DNA from: Squalus acanthias
Taxonomy: Eukaryota
Direction of reading: 5' to 3'
Assembly: GCA_030390025.1 (NCBI GenBank)
Contig: JASTWF010000035.1
Coordinates: 3,844,001 to 3,908,000 of the forward strand
Length of the DNA: 64,000 bases
Numbering within the stretch: position 1 is the first letter of the stretch; the number at the start of each line of letters is the position of its first letter. This document shows, in pieces, positions 25,308 to 35,818 of this stretch. Made by a program: the position numbers and the translations under genes. Below the pieces are notes generated by a model. The model searched no databases, was not told the DNA's origin, and saw only the letters and a list, made by a program, of their open reading frames with translations.

Positions 25308-26660
25308 TCACGTTCTGTATCGTGACATGAACCCGATATCGCGATTGAGGCCATCCTCATGAGTGCGGAACTTGGCTATCAGTTTCTGCTCTATGATTTT
25401 GCGCTGTCGTGTATCTCGAAGGCCGCCTTGGAGAACGCTTACCCGCAGATCCGAGGCTGAATGCCCCTGGCTGCTGAAGTGTTCCCCGACTGGGAGGCAA
25501 CCCTCCTGCCTGGCGATTGTTGCGCGGTGTCCGTTCATACGTTGTCTCAGTGTCTGCATGGTCTCGCCGATGTACCATGCTCTGGAGCATCCTTTACTGC
25601 AACGTATCAGGTAGACAACGTTGGCCGAGTCACATGAGTATGTACCGTGTACCTGGTGGGTAGTGTCCTCACGTGTAATGATGGTATCTGTGTCCATGAT
25701 TTGGCATGTCTTGCAGAGGTTGCCGTGGCAGGGTTGTGTGGTGTCTTGGTTGCTGTTCTCCTGAAAGATGGGTAATCTGCTGCTTTTGAGGTTAGGCGGC
25801 TGCTTGAAGGCGAGTAGTGGAGGCGTGGGGATGGCCTTAGCAAGGTGTTCGTCATCATCGATGACATGTTGAAGGCTGCGAAGAACATGGCGTAGTTTTT
25901 CCGCTCCGGGGAAGTACTGGACGACGTAGGGTACTCTGTTGGTTGTGTCCCGTGTTCGTCTTCTGAGGAGGTCTATGCGGTTTTTCGCTGTGGCCCGTCG
26001 GAACTGTCGATCGACGAGTCGAGCGTCATATCCCGTTCTTACGAGGGCGTCTTTCAGTGTCCGTAGGTGTCCATCGCGTTCCTCCTCGTCTGAGCAGATC
26101 CTGTGTATTCGCAGGGCTTGTCCATAGGGGATGGCTTCTTTAACGTGGTTAGGGTGGAAGCTGGAGAAGTGGAGCATCGTGAGGTTGTCCGTGGGCTTGC
26201 GGTAGAGTGAAGTGCTCAGGCGTCCGTCTTTGATGGAGATTCGTGTGTCCAAGAATGAAACCGATTCTGAGGAGTAGTCCATGGTGAGTTTGATGGTGGG
26301 ATGGAACCTGTTGATGCTATCGTGTAGTCCTTTCAGTGATCCTTCGCCGTGGGTCCAAAGGAAGAAGATGTCGTCGATGTATCTGGTGTACAGCGTTGGT
26401 TGGAGGTCCTGTGCAGCGAAGAAGTCTTGCTCGAACTTGTGCATGAAGATGTTGGCGTATTGGGGTGCGAATTTGGTCCCCATGGCTGTTCCGTGTGTTT
26501 GGGTGAAAAAATGGTTGTCGAAGGTGAAGACATTGTGGTCAAGGATGAAGCGGATGAGTTGTAGGATGGCGTCCGGAGATTGGCTGTTGTTGGTGTTGAG
26601 TACTGAGGCTGTCGCAGCGATGCCGTCATTGTGGGGTATATTGGTGTAGAGTGCCGATAC
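25308..26660 (-). CDS. Penelope reverse transcriptase / GIY-YIG endonuclease, partial (about 450 aa; the first about 37 aa of the listed ORF are off-frame CR1)
   Basis: RT YIDD motif and GIY-YIG motifs in ORF 25308..26771. Confidence 0.9.
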   Translation of the reverse strand, partial: VSALYTNIPHNDGIAATASVLNTNNSQSPDAILQLIRFILDHNVFTFDNHFFTQTHGTAMGTKFAPQYANIFMHKFEQDFFAAQDLQPTLYTRYIDDIFFLWTHGEGSLKGLHDSINRFHPTIKLTMDYSSESVSFLDTRISIKDGRLSTSLYRKPTDNLTMLHFSSFHPNHVKEAIPYGQALRIHRICSDEEERDGHLRTLKDALVRTGYDARLVDRQFRRATAKNRIDLLRRRTRDTTNRVPYVVQYFPGAEKLRHVLRSLQHVIDDDEHLAKAIPTPPLLAFKQPPNLKSSRLPIFQENSNQDTTQPCHGNLCKTCQIMDTDTIITREDTTHQVHGTYSCDSANVVYLIRCSKGCSRAWYIGETMQTLRQRMNGHRATIARQEGCLPVGEHFSSQGHSASDLRVSVLQGGLRDTRQRKIIEQKLIAKFRTHEDGLNRDIGFMSRYRT

Positions 26661-27460
26661 GTTTTGTATCGTCAGCAAACTTGGAAATATTACATTTGGT
26701 TTCCTCATCCACATCATTGATATATACTGTGAATAGCTGGGGCCCAAGCACTGATCCCTGCGGTACCCCACTAGTCAGCGCCTGCCACCCCGAAAAAGAC
26801 CCATTTATTCCTACTCTCTGTTTCCTGTCTGTTAACCAATTTTCAATCCATGTCAGTATATTACCCCCAATCCCATGCGCTTTAATTTTGCACACTAACC
26901 TCTTATGTGGGACTTTCTCAAAGGCCTTCTGAAAATCCAAATACACCATATCCACTGGTTCTCCCTTATCGATTCTACCAGTTACATCCTCAAAAAACTC
27001 TAGTAGGAATGTCAAACATGATTTCCCTTTCATAAATCCATGTTCAATTTGTCAAATCTCGTTGATATTTTCGAAGTGTCCTGTTATCACATCCTTTATA
27101 ATAGACTCTAGCATTTTCCCTACAACTGATGTTAGGCTAACCAGTCTGTAGTTCCCCGTTTTCTCTCTTCCTCCTTTTTTAAGTAGTGGGGTTACATTTG
27201 CCACCCTCCAATCTGCAGGAACTGTTCCATAATCTATAGAATTTTGGAAGATGACAACCAATGCATCCATTATTTCCATGGCTACCTCTTTTAGTAATCT
27301 GGGATGCAGATTATCAGGCCCTGGGAATTTATCGGCTTTCAGTCCCATTAATTTCTCCAGCAATTTTTTTACAAATACTTATTACCTTTAATTCCTCCTT
27401 CTCACTAGCCCATTGGTTCCTTAGCATTTCTGGGAAGTTATTTGTGTCCTCTTCTGTGAA

Positions 27461-27775
27461 GGGAGGCAGCCCGAGGAGCGGCGGTATAAAGGTGAGCCCC
27501 GAGGCGTGGTAGGCCCAGAGCAGCGGAGGCAGACCGAGGAGCAGTGAGCGGCAGTATGAAGGTGAACCCCGAGGTGTGGTAGGCCCAGAGCAGCGGAGGC
27601 AGACCGAGGAGCAGTGAGCGGCGGTATGAAGGTGAACCCCGAGGTGTGGTAGGCCCAGAGCAGCGGAGGCAGTCCGAGGAGCAGCGAGCGGCGGTATAAA
27701 GGTGAGCCCCGAGGTGTGGTAGGCCCAGAGCAGCGGAGGCAGCCCGAGGAGCAGCGAACAGCGGTATAAAGGTGA
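27461..27775. repeat. 70-bp GC-rich tandem repeat, about 4.5 copies
   Basis: Period 70 (AGGCCCAGAG at 27511, 27581, 27651, 27721); each unit has TATAAA or TATGAA. Confidence 0.9.
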
Positions 27776-27889
27776 AACATAGAAACTAGGAGCAGGAGTA
27801 GGCCATTCGGCCCGTCGAGCCTGCTCCACCATTCAATACGATCATGGCTGATCATCCAAATCCAGTACCCTGTCCCTGCTTTCCCACAC

Positions 27890-28068
27890 AGAATCCCCAT
27901 CGAGCCTGCACCGACACATATCCCACCCTATCCCCATAACCCCACGTATTTAATTCCCCCGAACATATCCCATCCTATCCCCGTAACCCCACATATTTAA
28001 TCCCCCCCTAACACGAAGGGTCAATTTATCATAGCCAAATCAACCTAACCCGCACATTTTTGGACTAG
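27890..28068 (-). mobile_element. SINE fragment resembling the shark HE1/V-SINE core
   Basis: GGGTCAATTTATCATAGCCAAATCAACCTAACCCGCACATTTTTGGACT, recognised from memory only. Confidence 0.5.
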
Positions 28069-28334
28069 GTTAGGGGGATTTTCCCTAATCCAGGTCCGGG
28101 AGAGGGAAGCAAAAAACAATCGAACTGTGACGTCACCAAGAAGCAGGTAAGTGATTGGTTGGTGAGTATTTTCCTTCTAAATTTTTCTAAACTTAAAATT
28201 TTGCGGTTTCTAGGGTCTCTGTTGTGTAGCGGGGACTACTGTTAAGAAAGGGCCCTTGAGTATATCATTTAATTGAAGTGAAATTGCTGGGATTCATTTA
28301 ATATAATTTTAATTAATTAATTAAAGGGTAAGTC

Positions 28335-29277
28335 ATGGCAGGAGAGTTCCGCCCCGTGATATGCTCCTCCTGCTATATGTGGGAAATCAGGGACACTTCC
28401 TGTATCCCTGACGACCATGTGTGTGGGAAGTGTACCCAGCTGCAGCTATTGATAGACCGCATTGCGGCTCTGGAGCTGCGGATGGATGCATATTGGAGCA
28501 TTCGCGACGCTGAGAACGTCGTGGATAGCACGTTTAGCGAGTTAGTCACACCGCAGGTAAAGGGTGTACAGGCAGGAAGTGAATGGGTGACCACCAGGCA
28601 AAGTAAGAGCTGCAGGCAGGTAGTGCAGGGGTCCCCTGTGGCCATCCCCCCCTCAAACAGATATACCACTTTGGATACTGTTGGCGGGGATGACTTAACA
28701 GGGGAAGGCAGCAGCAGCCAACATCCTGGCACCATGGATGGCTCTGCTGCACAGGCTGGGAGGAAAAAGTGTGGAAGAGCTATAGTGATAGGGGACTCAA
28801 TTGTAAGGGGAATAGATAGGCGTTTCTGCGGCCGCAAACGAGACTCCAGGATGGTGTGTTGCCTCCCTGGTGCAAGGGTCAACGACGTCTCGGAGCGGCT
28901 ACAGAACATTTTGGAGGGGGAGGGCGAACAGCCAGTTGTCGTGGTGCACATAGGCACCAACGATATAGGTAAAAAACAGGATGAGGTCCTAAAAGCAGAA
29001 TATAGGGAGTTAGGAGGTAAATTAAAAAATAGGACCTCAAAGGTAGTAATCTCAGGATTGCTACCAGTGCCATGTGCTAGTCAGAGTAGAAATATTTCAA
29101 ATGAATACGTGGCTAGAGGAATTGTGCAAGGGGGAGGGATTCAAATTCCTTGGACATTGGAACCGGTTCTGGTGGAGGTGGGACCAGTACAAATGGGACG
29201 GTCTGCACCTGGGCAGAGCCGGGACCGATGTCCTAGGGGGAGTGTTTGCTAGTGCTGTTGGGGAGGGTTTAAACTAA
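28335..29277 (+). pseudogene. CR1 ORF1 (zinc finger, coiled coil, SGNH esterase) with one frameshift near 29090
   Basis: CSSC..CGKC, IGDSIVRG, HIGTND, DGLHL across ORFs 28335..29252 and 29074..29277. Confidence 0.88.
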
Positions 29278-29408
29278 AATGGCAGGGGGTCGGGAACCTG
29301 AGCAGGGAGACAGAGGAAAGGGAAACAAGGATGAATGCAAAAGACAGGAAGGAGAAAAACAAAGGTAGAACGCAAAGAAGTCAACGGTTTAAATCAAACA
29401 TGGTCACA

Positions 29409-32400
29409 TAAGAACATAAGAAATAGGAGCAGGAGTAGGCCAATCGGCCCCTCGAGCCTGCTCTGCCATTCAATGAGATCATGGCTGATCTGATCCTAAC
29501 CTCAAATCTAAAGAACACAAGAAGTAGGAGCAGGACCCGGCCACTCAGCCCCTGGGCCCGCTCTGCCACCCACAGGGCCATGACCGATCCGAACTCAGCC
29601 TCATGTCCAATTTCCTGCCCGCTCACCGTAACCCCTAATTCCCTTTACCTCTAGGAAACTATTTCTGTTTTAAATTTATTTAATGATGTAGCTTCCACAG
29701 CTTCCTGGGGCAGCAAATTCCACAGACCTACTACCCTCTGAGTGAAGAAGTTTCTCCTCATCTCAGTAGTGAAAGAGCAGCCCCTTATTCTAAGATTATG
29801 TCCCCTAGTTCTAGTTTCACCCATCCTTGGGAACATCCTTACCGCATCCACCCGATCAAGCCCCTTCACAATCTTATATGTTTCGATAAGATCGCCTCTC
29901 ATTCTTCTGAACTCCAATGAGTAGAGTCCCAATCTACTCAACCTCTCCTCATATGTCCACCCCCTCATCCCCGGGATTAACCGAGTGAACCTTCTTTGTA
30001 CTGCCTCGAGAGCAAGTATGTCTTTTCTTAAGTATGGACACCAAAACTGTATGCAGTATTCCAGGTGCGGTCTCACCAATACCTTATATAACTGCAGCAA
30101 TACCTCCCTGTTTTTATAATCTATCCCCCTAGCAATAAAAGCCAACATTCTGTTGGCCTTCTTGATCACCTGCTGCACCTGCATACTAACTTTTTGATTT
30201 ACTTGCACTTGGACCCCCAGATCCCTTTGAACTGCAGTACTTTCCAGTTTCTCGCCATTAAGATAATAACTTGCTCTCTGATTTTTCCTGCCAAAGTGCA
30301 TAACCTCACATTTTCCAATATTGTATTGCATCTGCCAAATCTCCGCCCACTCACCCAGCCTGTCTATATCCCCTTGTAGGTTTTTTATGTCCTCCTCACT
30401 TTCTACTTTCCCTCCCATCTTTGTATCATCTGCAAACTTTGATATGTTACACTCGGTCCCCTCCTCCAAATCGTTAATATAGATTGTAAAGAGTTGGGGA
30501 CCCAGCACCGACCCCTGCGGAACACCACTGGCTACTGGTTGCCAGTCCAAGAATGAACCATTTATCCCAACTCTCTGCTTCCTGTTAGATAACCAATCCT
30601 CCACCCATGCCAGAATATTACCCCCAATCCAGTGATTTTTTATCTTGAGCAATAATCTTTTATGTGGCACCTTGTCGAATGCCTTCTGGAAGTCTAAATA
30701 CACTACGTCCACTGGTTCCCCTTTATCCACCCTGTACGTTATGTCCTCAAAGAACGCAAGCAAATTTGTCAGACATGACTTCCCCTTCATAAAGCCATGC
30801 TGACTTTGTCCTATTAAATTATGTTTATCTAAATGTTCCGTTACTGTCTCCTTAATAATAGACTCCAAAATTTTACCCACCACAGATGTTAGGCTAACTG
30901 GTCTATAATTTCCAGCCTTCTGCCTACTACCCTTTTTAAATAAGGGTGTTACATTAGCAGTTTTCCAATCTGCCGGGACCTTTGCTGAGTCCAGGGAATT
31001 TTGGAAAATTATTACCAAAGCATCCACAATCCCTACTGCCACTTCCATCAAGACCCTAGGATGTAAGCCATCAGGTCCAGGGGATTTATCCGCCTTGAGT
31101 CCCATTATTTTACTGAGTACCAATTCCTTAGTGATTTTAATCATATTTAGCTCCTCCCCGCCCCCCCCCCCCACCCCTAGAGTCCCCTGTTTGTCCAGTG
31201 TTGGGATATTCTTAGTGTCCTCTACCGTAAAGACTGAAACAAAATATTTGTTCAGCATTTTTGCCATCTCCATGTTTCCCACCATTAATTTCCCGGTCTC
31301 ATCCTCTAAGGGACCTATGTTTGCCTTAGCCACCCTTTTTCTTTTTATATAACTATAGAAACTCTTGCTATCTGTTTTTATATTTTTTGCTAATTTATTT
31401 TCATAATCTATCTTCCCTTTCTTAATCAATCCTTTAGTTACTTTTTGCTGTCTTTTGAAGACTTCCCAATCTTCTATCCTCCCACTAAGTTTGGCTACCT
31501 TATATGTCCTTGTTTTTAGTCAGATACTATCCTTAATTTCTTTACTTAGCCACGGATGGCTGTCATTTCTTTTACACCCTTTTTTCCTCAGTGGAATATA
31601 TTTTTTTTGAAAGTTGTAAAATAACTCCTTAAATGAACACCACTGCTCATGTACCGTCTTACCCTTTAATCTATTTTCCCAGTCCACTTTAATCAATTCC
31701 GCTCTCATACCATCATAGTCTCCTTTATTCAAGCTCAGTACGCTTGTTTGAGAACCAACCTTCTCACCCTCTAATTGGATATGGAATTCAACCATGTTAT
31801 GGTCACTCATTCCAAGGGGATCCTTAACTAGGACATTATTAATTAATCCTGACTCATTACACATCACAAGGTCCAAGGTTGCTTGCCCCCTTGTAGGATC
31901 AGTTACATACTGCTCAAGAAATCCATCCCTAATACACTCAATAAACTCTTCCTCAAGGCTGCCCTGCCCAATTTGATTTGTCCAGTTAATATGATAGTTT
32001 AAATCCCCCATAATTGTAGCTGTTCCCTTATTACATGCCCCAACTACTTCCTGATTAATACTTCTTCCAGCAGAGTTGCAACTATTAGGAGGCCTATATA
32101 CTACTCCCACTAGTGTTTTTTTCCCCTTATTATTCCTTATCTCCACCCAAACTGTTTCATTATCCTGATCGTTTGACCCAATATCATTTCTCTGTATTAC
32201 ATTGATTCCTTCCTTTATTAACATAGCCACCCCAACTCCCCTTCCTTCCTGCCTGTCCTTCCTGATTGTTAAATAACCTGGCATATTTAGTTCCCAGTCG
32301 TTGTCACCCTGCAGCCATGTTTCTGTAATGGCCACAAGATCATACCCATACGTAGTTATTTGTGCCGTTAACTCATCCATTTTGTTACGAATGCTACGTG

Positions 32401-32876
32401 CATTCAGATAAAGAACTTTCAAATATGTTTTGTGACACTTAGTTCCTGCTTTTTCCTTTTTTAACACTTTACCTTTTACTCCATACCTTCTGTCCCTTCC
32501 TGACACGCTTTCCTCTGTCTCCCTGCTCAGGTGCCCAACCCCCTGCCACTTCAGTTTAAACCCTCCCCAACAGCACTAGCAAACACTCCCCCTTGGACAG
32601 CGGTCCCGGCCCTGCCCAGGTGCAGACCGTCCGGTTTGTACTGGTCCCAGCTCCCCCAGAACCGGTTCCAATGTCCCAGGAATTTGAATCATTCCCCCTT
32701 GCACCATTCCTCTAGCCACGTATTCATTTGAAATATCCTCCTATTTCTATTCTGACTAGCACGTCGCACTGGTAGCAATCCTGAGATTACTACCTTTGAG
32801 GTCCTATTTTTTAATTTACCTCCTAACTCCCTATATTCTGCTTTTAGGACCTCATCCCCTTTTTTACTCATATCGT
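29409..32876 (-). mobile_element. Nested CR1, 5'-truncated in ORF1, ORF2 with a single in-frame stop
   Basis: ORFs 31520..32506 (APE) and 29651..31429 (RT) share a frame; ORF1 end at about 32553-32876; (ATGTTCTT)n tail; flanked by the TSD. Confidence 0.92.
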
Positions 32877-32938
32877 TGGTCACAGTAAATAATAATTCAT
32901 AAAGGTCTGAGAGCGTTAAAAAAACAAGTCTGAAGGCT

Positions 32939-35746
32939 TTGTGTCTTAATGCAAGGAGCATTCAGAACAAGGTGAATGAATTAGCTGCGCAATTAGAGGT
33001 AAATGAATACGATTTGATTGGGATTACGGAAACATGGCTCCAGGGTGGCCAAGGCTGGGAACTCAACATCCAGGGGTATTCAATATTTAGGAAAGATAGG
33101 CAAAAAAGAAAGGGAGGTGGGGTAGCATTACTGGTTAAAGAGGGGATTAACACAATTGAAAGGAAGGATAGTAACTCTGATGATGCGGAATCTGTATGGG
33201 TAGAACTGAGAAATAACAAGGGGCAGAAAACGTTAGTGGGAGTGGTATATAGACCTCCAAACAGTAATACGGAGGTTGGGGACGGCATTGAAAGGGAAAT
33301 TAGAGAAGCATGCAGTAAGGGCACAGCAGTCATCATGGGTGACTTTAATTTACATATAGATTGGGCTAACCAAATTAGTAAAAATACTGTGGAGGAGGAA
33401 TTCCTAGAATGTTTACGGGATGGTTTTCTGGAACAATATGTCGAGGAACCAACCAAAGATCAGGCCATCTTAGACTGGGTATTATGTAATGAGAAAGGAT
33501 TAATTAGCAATCTTGTTGTACGAGACCCCTTGGGTCAGAGTGATCATAATATGATAGAATTCTTCATTAGGATGGAGAGTGAAGTAGTTGAATCAGAGAC
33601 TAGGGTCCTGAATTTAAATAAAGCAAGCTACGATGGTATGAGGCGCGAATTGGGTAGGATTGATTGGGGAATGTCACTCAAAGGGTTGACAGTGGATAGG
33701 CAATGGCAAACATTCAAAGACTGCATGGATGAACTACAGAATTTGTTCATCCCAGTGTGGCATAAGAATAAAACAAAAAGGGTGACTCAACCGTGGCTAA
33801 CAAGGGAAATTAGGGATAGCATAAGATCCAAGGAGAGGGCATATAAATTGGCCAGAAAAAGCGGTAGCCCTGAGGATTGGGAGCAGTTTAGGATTCAACA
33901 AAGGAGGACAAAGGGATTAATTAAGAAGGGGAAAATAGAATATGAAAGTAAGCTTGGAGGGAACATAAAAACTGACTGTAAGAGCTTTTATAGCTATGTG
34001 AAGAGAAAAAGATTAGTGAAATCAAGTGTAGGTCCCTTGCAGTCAGAAGCGGGGGAAGTTATAATGGGGAACAAAGAAATGGCAGACCAATTAAATGCAT
34101 ATTTTGGTTCTGTCTTCACAAAGGAGGACACAAATAACCTCCCAGAGATGTTGGAGAACATAGGGTCTGATGAAAGGGAGGAACTGAAAGAAATCAGTAT
34201 TTGCAGGGAAACGGTGTTAGGGAAATTGACGATTTTGAAGGCCGATAAATCCCCAGGGCCTGATAATCTACATCCTAGGGTACTTAAGGAAGTGGCCCTA
34301 GAAATAGTAGATGCATTGCTGATCATCTTCCAACATTCGATGGAATCTGGAACTGTACCCATGGATTGTAGGGTAGCTACTGTTACCCCACTATTCAAAA
34401 AGGGTGGTCGAGAGAAAGCGGGGAATTACAGACTGGTAAGCCTGACATCGGTAGTGGGGAAAATGCTAGAGTCCATTATAAAAGATGTAATAGCTGAGCA
34501 CTTGAAAAACAGTGACAGGATCGGACAAAGTCAACATGGATTTACAAAAGGTAAATCGTGCTTGACTAATCTACTGGAATTTTTTGAGGATGTAACTGGG
34601 AAAATAGATAAGGGAGAACCAGTAGATGTGGTGCATTTGGACTTTCAAAAGGCTTTCGATAAGGTCCCGCATAAGAGATTAGCGTGTAAAGTTAAGGCAC
34701 ATGGGATTGGGAGCAAGGTGTTGATTTGGATAGAGAACTGGTTGGCGGACAGAAAGCAGAGAGTAGGAATTAATGGGTCTTTTTCCGAGTGGCAAGCAGT
34801 GACTAGTGAGGTACCGCAGGGATCGGTCCTTGGACCCCAGCTATTCACAATATACATTAATGATCTTGATAAGGGAACTAAATGTAATATCTCCAAGTTT
34901 GCAGATGACACAAAGCTGGGTGGGAGTGTGTGCAACAAGGAGGATAGCGAGAAACTCCAGGATGATCTGGACAGGTTGGGTGAGTGGGCAGAAGCGTGGC
35001 GGATGCAATATAACGTGGATAAATGCAAGGTTATCCACTTTGGTGTCAAAAACAGAAAGGCAGACTATTATCTGAATGGCAATAGATTGGGAGAAGGGGA
35101 AGTGCAACGAGACCTGGGTGTCCTTGTGCACCAGTCGCTGAAGGTAAGCATGCAGGTGCAGCAGGCGGTTAAGAAGGCAAATGGTATGTTGGCCTTCATA
35201 GCGAAAGGGTTTGAGTATAGGAACAGGGATGTCCTGCTGCAGTTGTACAGGGCCTTGGTGAGACCACACCTTGAGTACTGTGTGCAGTTTTGGTCGCCTT
35301 ATCTGAGGAAGGATGTTCTTGCCATGGAAGGAGTTCAGCGAAGATTCACAAGGCTGATACCTGGGATGGCAGGAATGACATATGAGGAGAGATTGGGTCG
35401 ATTGGGATTATACTCGCTGGAGTACAGAAGAATGAGAGGGGATCTCATCGAAACATATAAAATTCTGACATGTCTGGACAAACTAGATGCAGGAAGAATG
35501 TTCCCAATGGTCGGAGAGTCCAGAACCAGGGGTCATAATCTAAGGATAAGGGGTAAGCCATTTAGGACAGAAATGAGGAAGAATTTCTTCACCCAGAGAG
35601 TGGTGAACCTGTGGAATTCTCTACCACAGAAGGTTGTTGAGGCCAAGTCATTAAATATATTCAAGAATGAGTTAGATATAATTCTTAAAGCTAAAGGTAT
35701 CAAGGGATATGGGGAGAGGCAGGTACAGGGTACTGAGTTTGGATGA
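32939..35746 (+). CDS. CR1 ORF2 APE endonuclease-reverse transcriptase, 935 aa
   Basis: Uninterrupted APE (ETW, YRPP, GDFN, SDH) and RT ([16 protein letters not shown]) domains; only the last few codons are frameshifted relative to the sister copy ending at 50294. Confidence 0.93.
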   Translation: MCLNARSIQNKVNELAAQLEVNEYDLIGITETWLQGGQGWELNIQGYSIFRKDRQKRKGGGVALLVKEGINTIERKDSNSDDAESVWVELRNNKGQKTLVGVVYRPPNSNTEVGDGIEREIREACSKGTAVIMGDFNLHIDWANQISKNTVEEEFLECLRDGFLEQYVEEPTKDQAILDWVLCNEKGLISNLVVRDPLGQSDHNMIEFFIRMESEVVESETRVLNLNKASYDGMRRELGRIDWGMSLKGLTVDRQWQTFKDCMDELQNLFIPVWHKNKTKRVTQPWLTREIRDSIRSKERAYKLARKSGSPEDWEQFRIQQRRTKGLIKKGKIEYESKLGGNIKTDCKSFYSYVKRKRLVKSSVGPLQSEAGEVIMGNKEMADQLNAYFGSVFTKEDTNNLPEMLENIGSDEREELKEISICRETVLGKLTILKADKSPGPDNLHPRVLKEVALEIVDALLIIFQHSMESGTVPMDCRVATVTPLFKKGGREKAGNYRLVSLTSVVGKMLESIIKDVIAEHLKNSDRIGQSQHGFTKGKSCLTNLLEFFEDVTGKIDKGEPVDVVHLDFQKAFDKVPHKRLACKVKAHGIGSKVLIWIENWLADRKQRVGINGSFSEWQAVTSEVPQGSVLGPQLFTIYINDLDKGTKCNISKFADDTKLGGSVCNKEDSEKLQDDLDRLGEWAEAWRMQYNVDKCKVIHFGVKNRKADYYLNGNRLGEGEVQRDLGVLVHQSLKVSMQVQQAVKKANGMLAFIAKGFEYRNRDVLLQLYRALVRPHLEYCVQFWSPYLRKDVLAMEGVQRRFTRLIPGMAGMTYEERLGRLGLYSLEYRRMRGDLIETYKILTCLDKLDAGRMFPMVGESRTRGHNLRIRGKPFRTEMRKNFFTQRVVNLWNSLPQKVVEAKSLNIFKNELDIILKAKGIKGYGERQVQGTEFG

Positions 35747-35818
35747 TCAGCCATGATCTCATCGAATGGCGGGGCAGGCTCGAGGGGCCGATTGGCCTAC
35801 TCCTGCTCCTATCTTCTA

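Larger units (their letters stand above)
24996..26660 (-). mobile_element. 5'-truncated Penelope-like retroelement (RT plus GIY-YIG endonuclease)
   Basis: Uninterrupted frame VSALYTNIP..GTAMG..YIDD..FLD..YRKPT..CxxC..NVVYLI.C..YIGET..HF..GLNRD; 10-bp TSD GTTTTGTATC at 24986-24995 and 26661-26670. Confidence 0.95.
23240..27460 (-). mobile_element. CR1 RT fragments (two elements) hosting a pogo-type MITE and a Penelope insertion
   Basis: ORFs 23718..24086, 24179..24454, 24444..24899, 26626..27033 and 27052..27363 with [13 protein letters not shown] and FADD motifs. Confidence 0.88.

Noticed and set aside
26661..26771. CR1-Penelope fusion protein implied by ORF 25308..26771
   Set aside because: The upstream part is an off-frame reading of CR1 beyond the TSD, so the fusion is accidental
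32508..32880. Apparent twin-priming 5' inversion of the plus-strand CR1
   Set aside because: The 8-bp TSD at 29401 and 32877 shows this segment is the truncated 5' end of the nested antisense CR1
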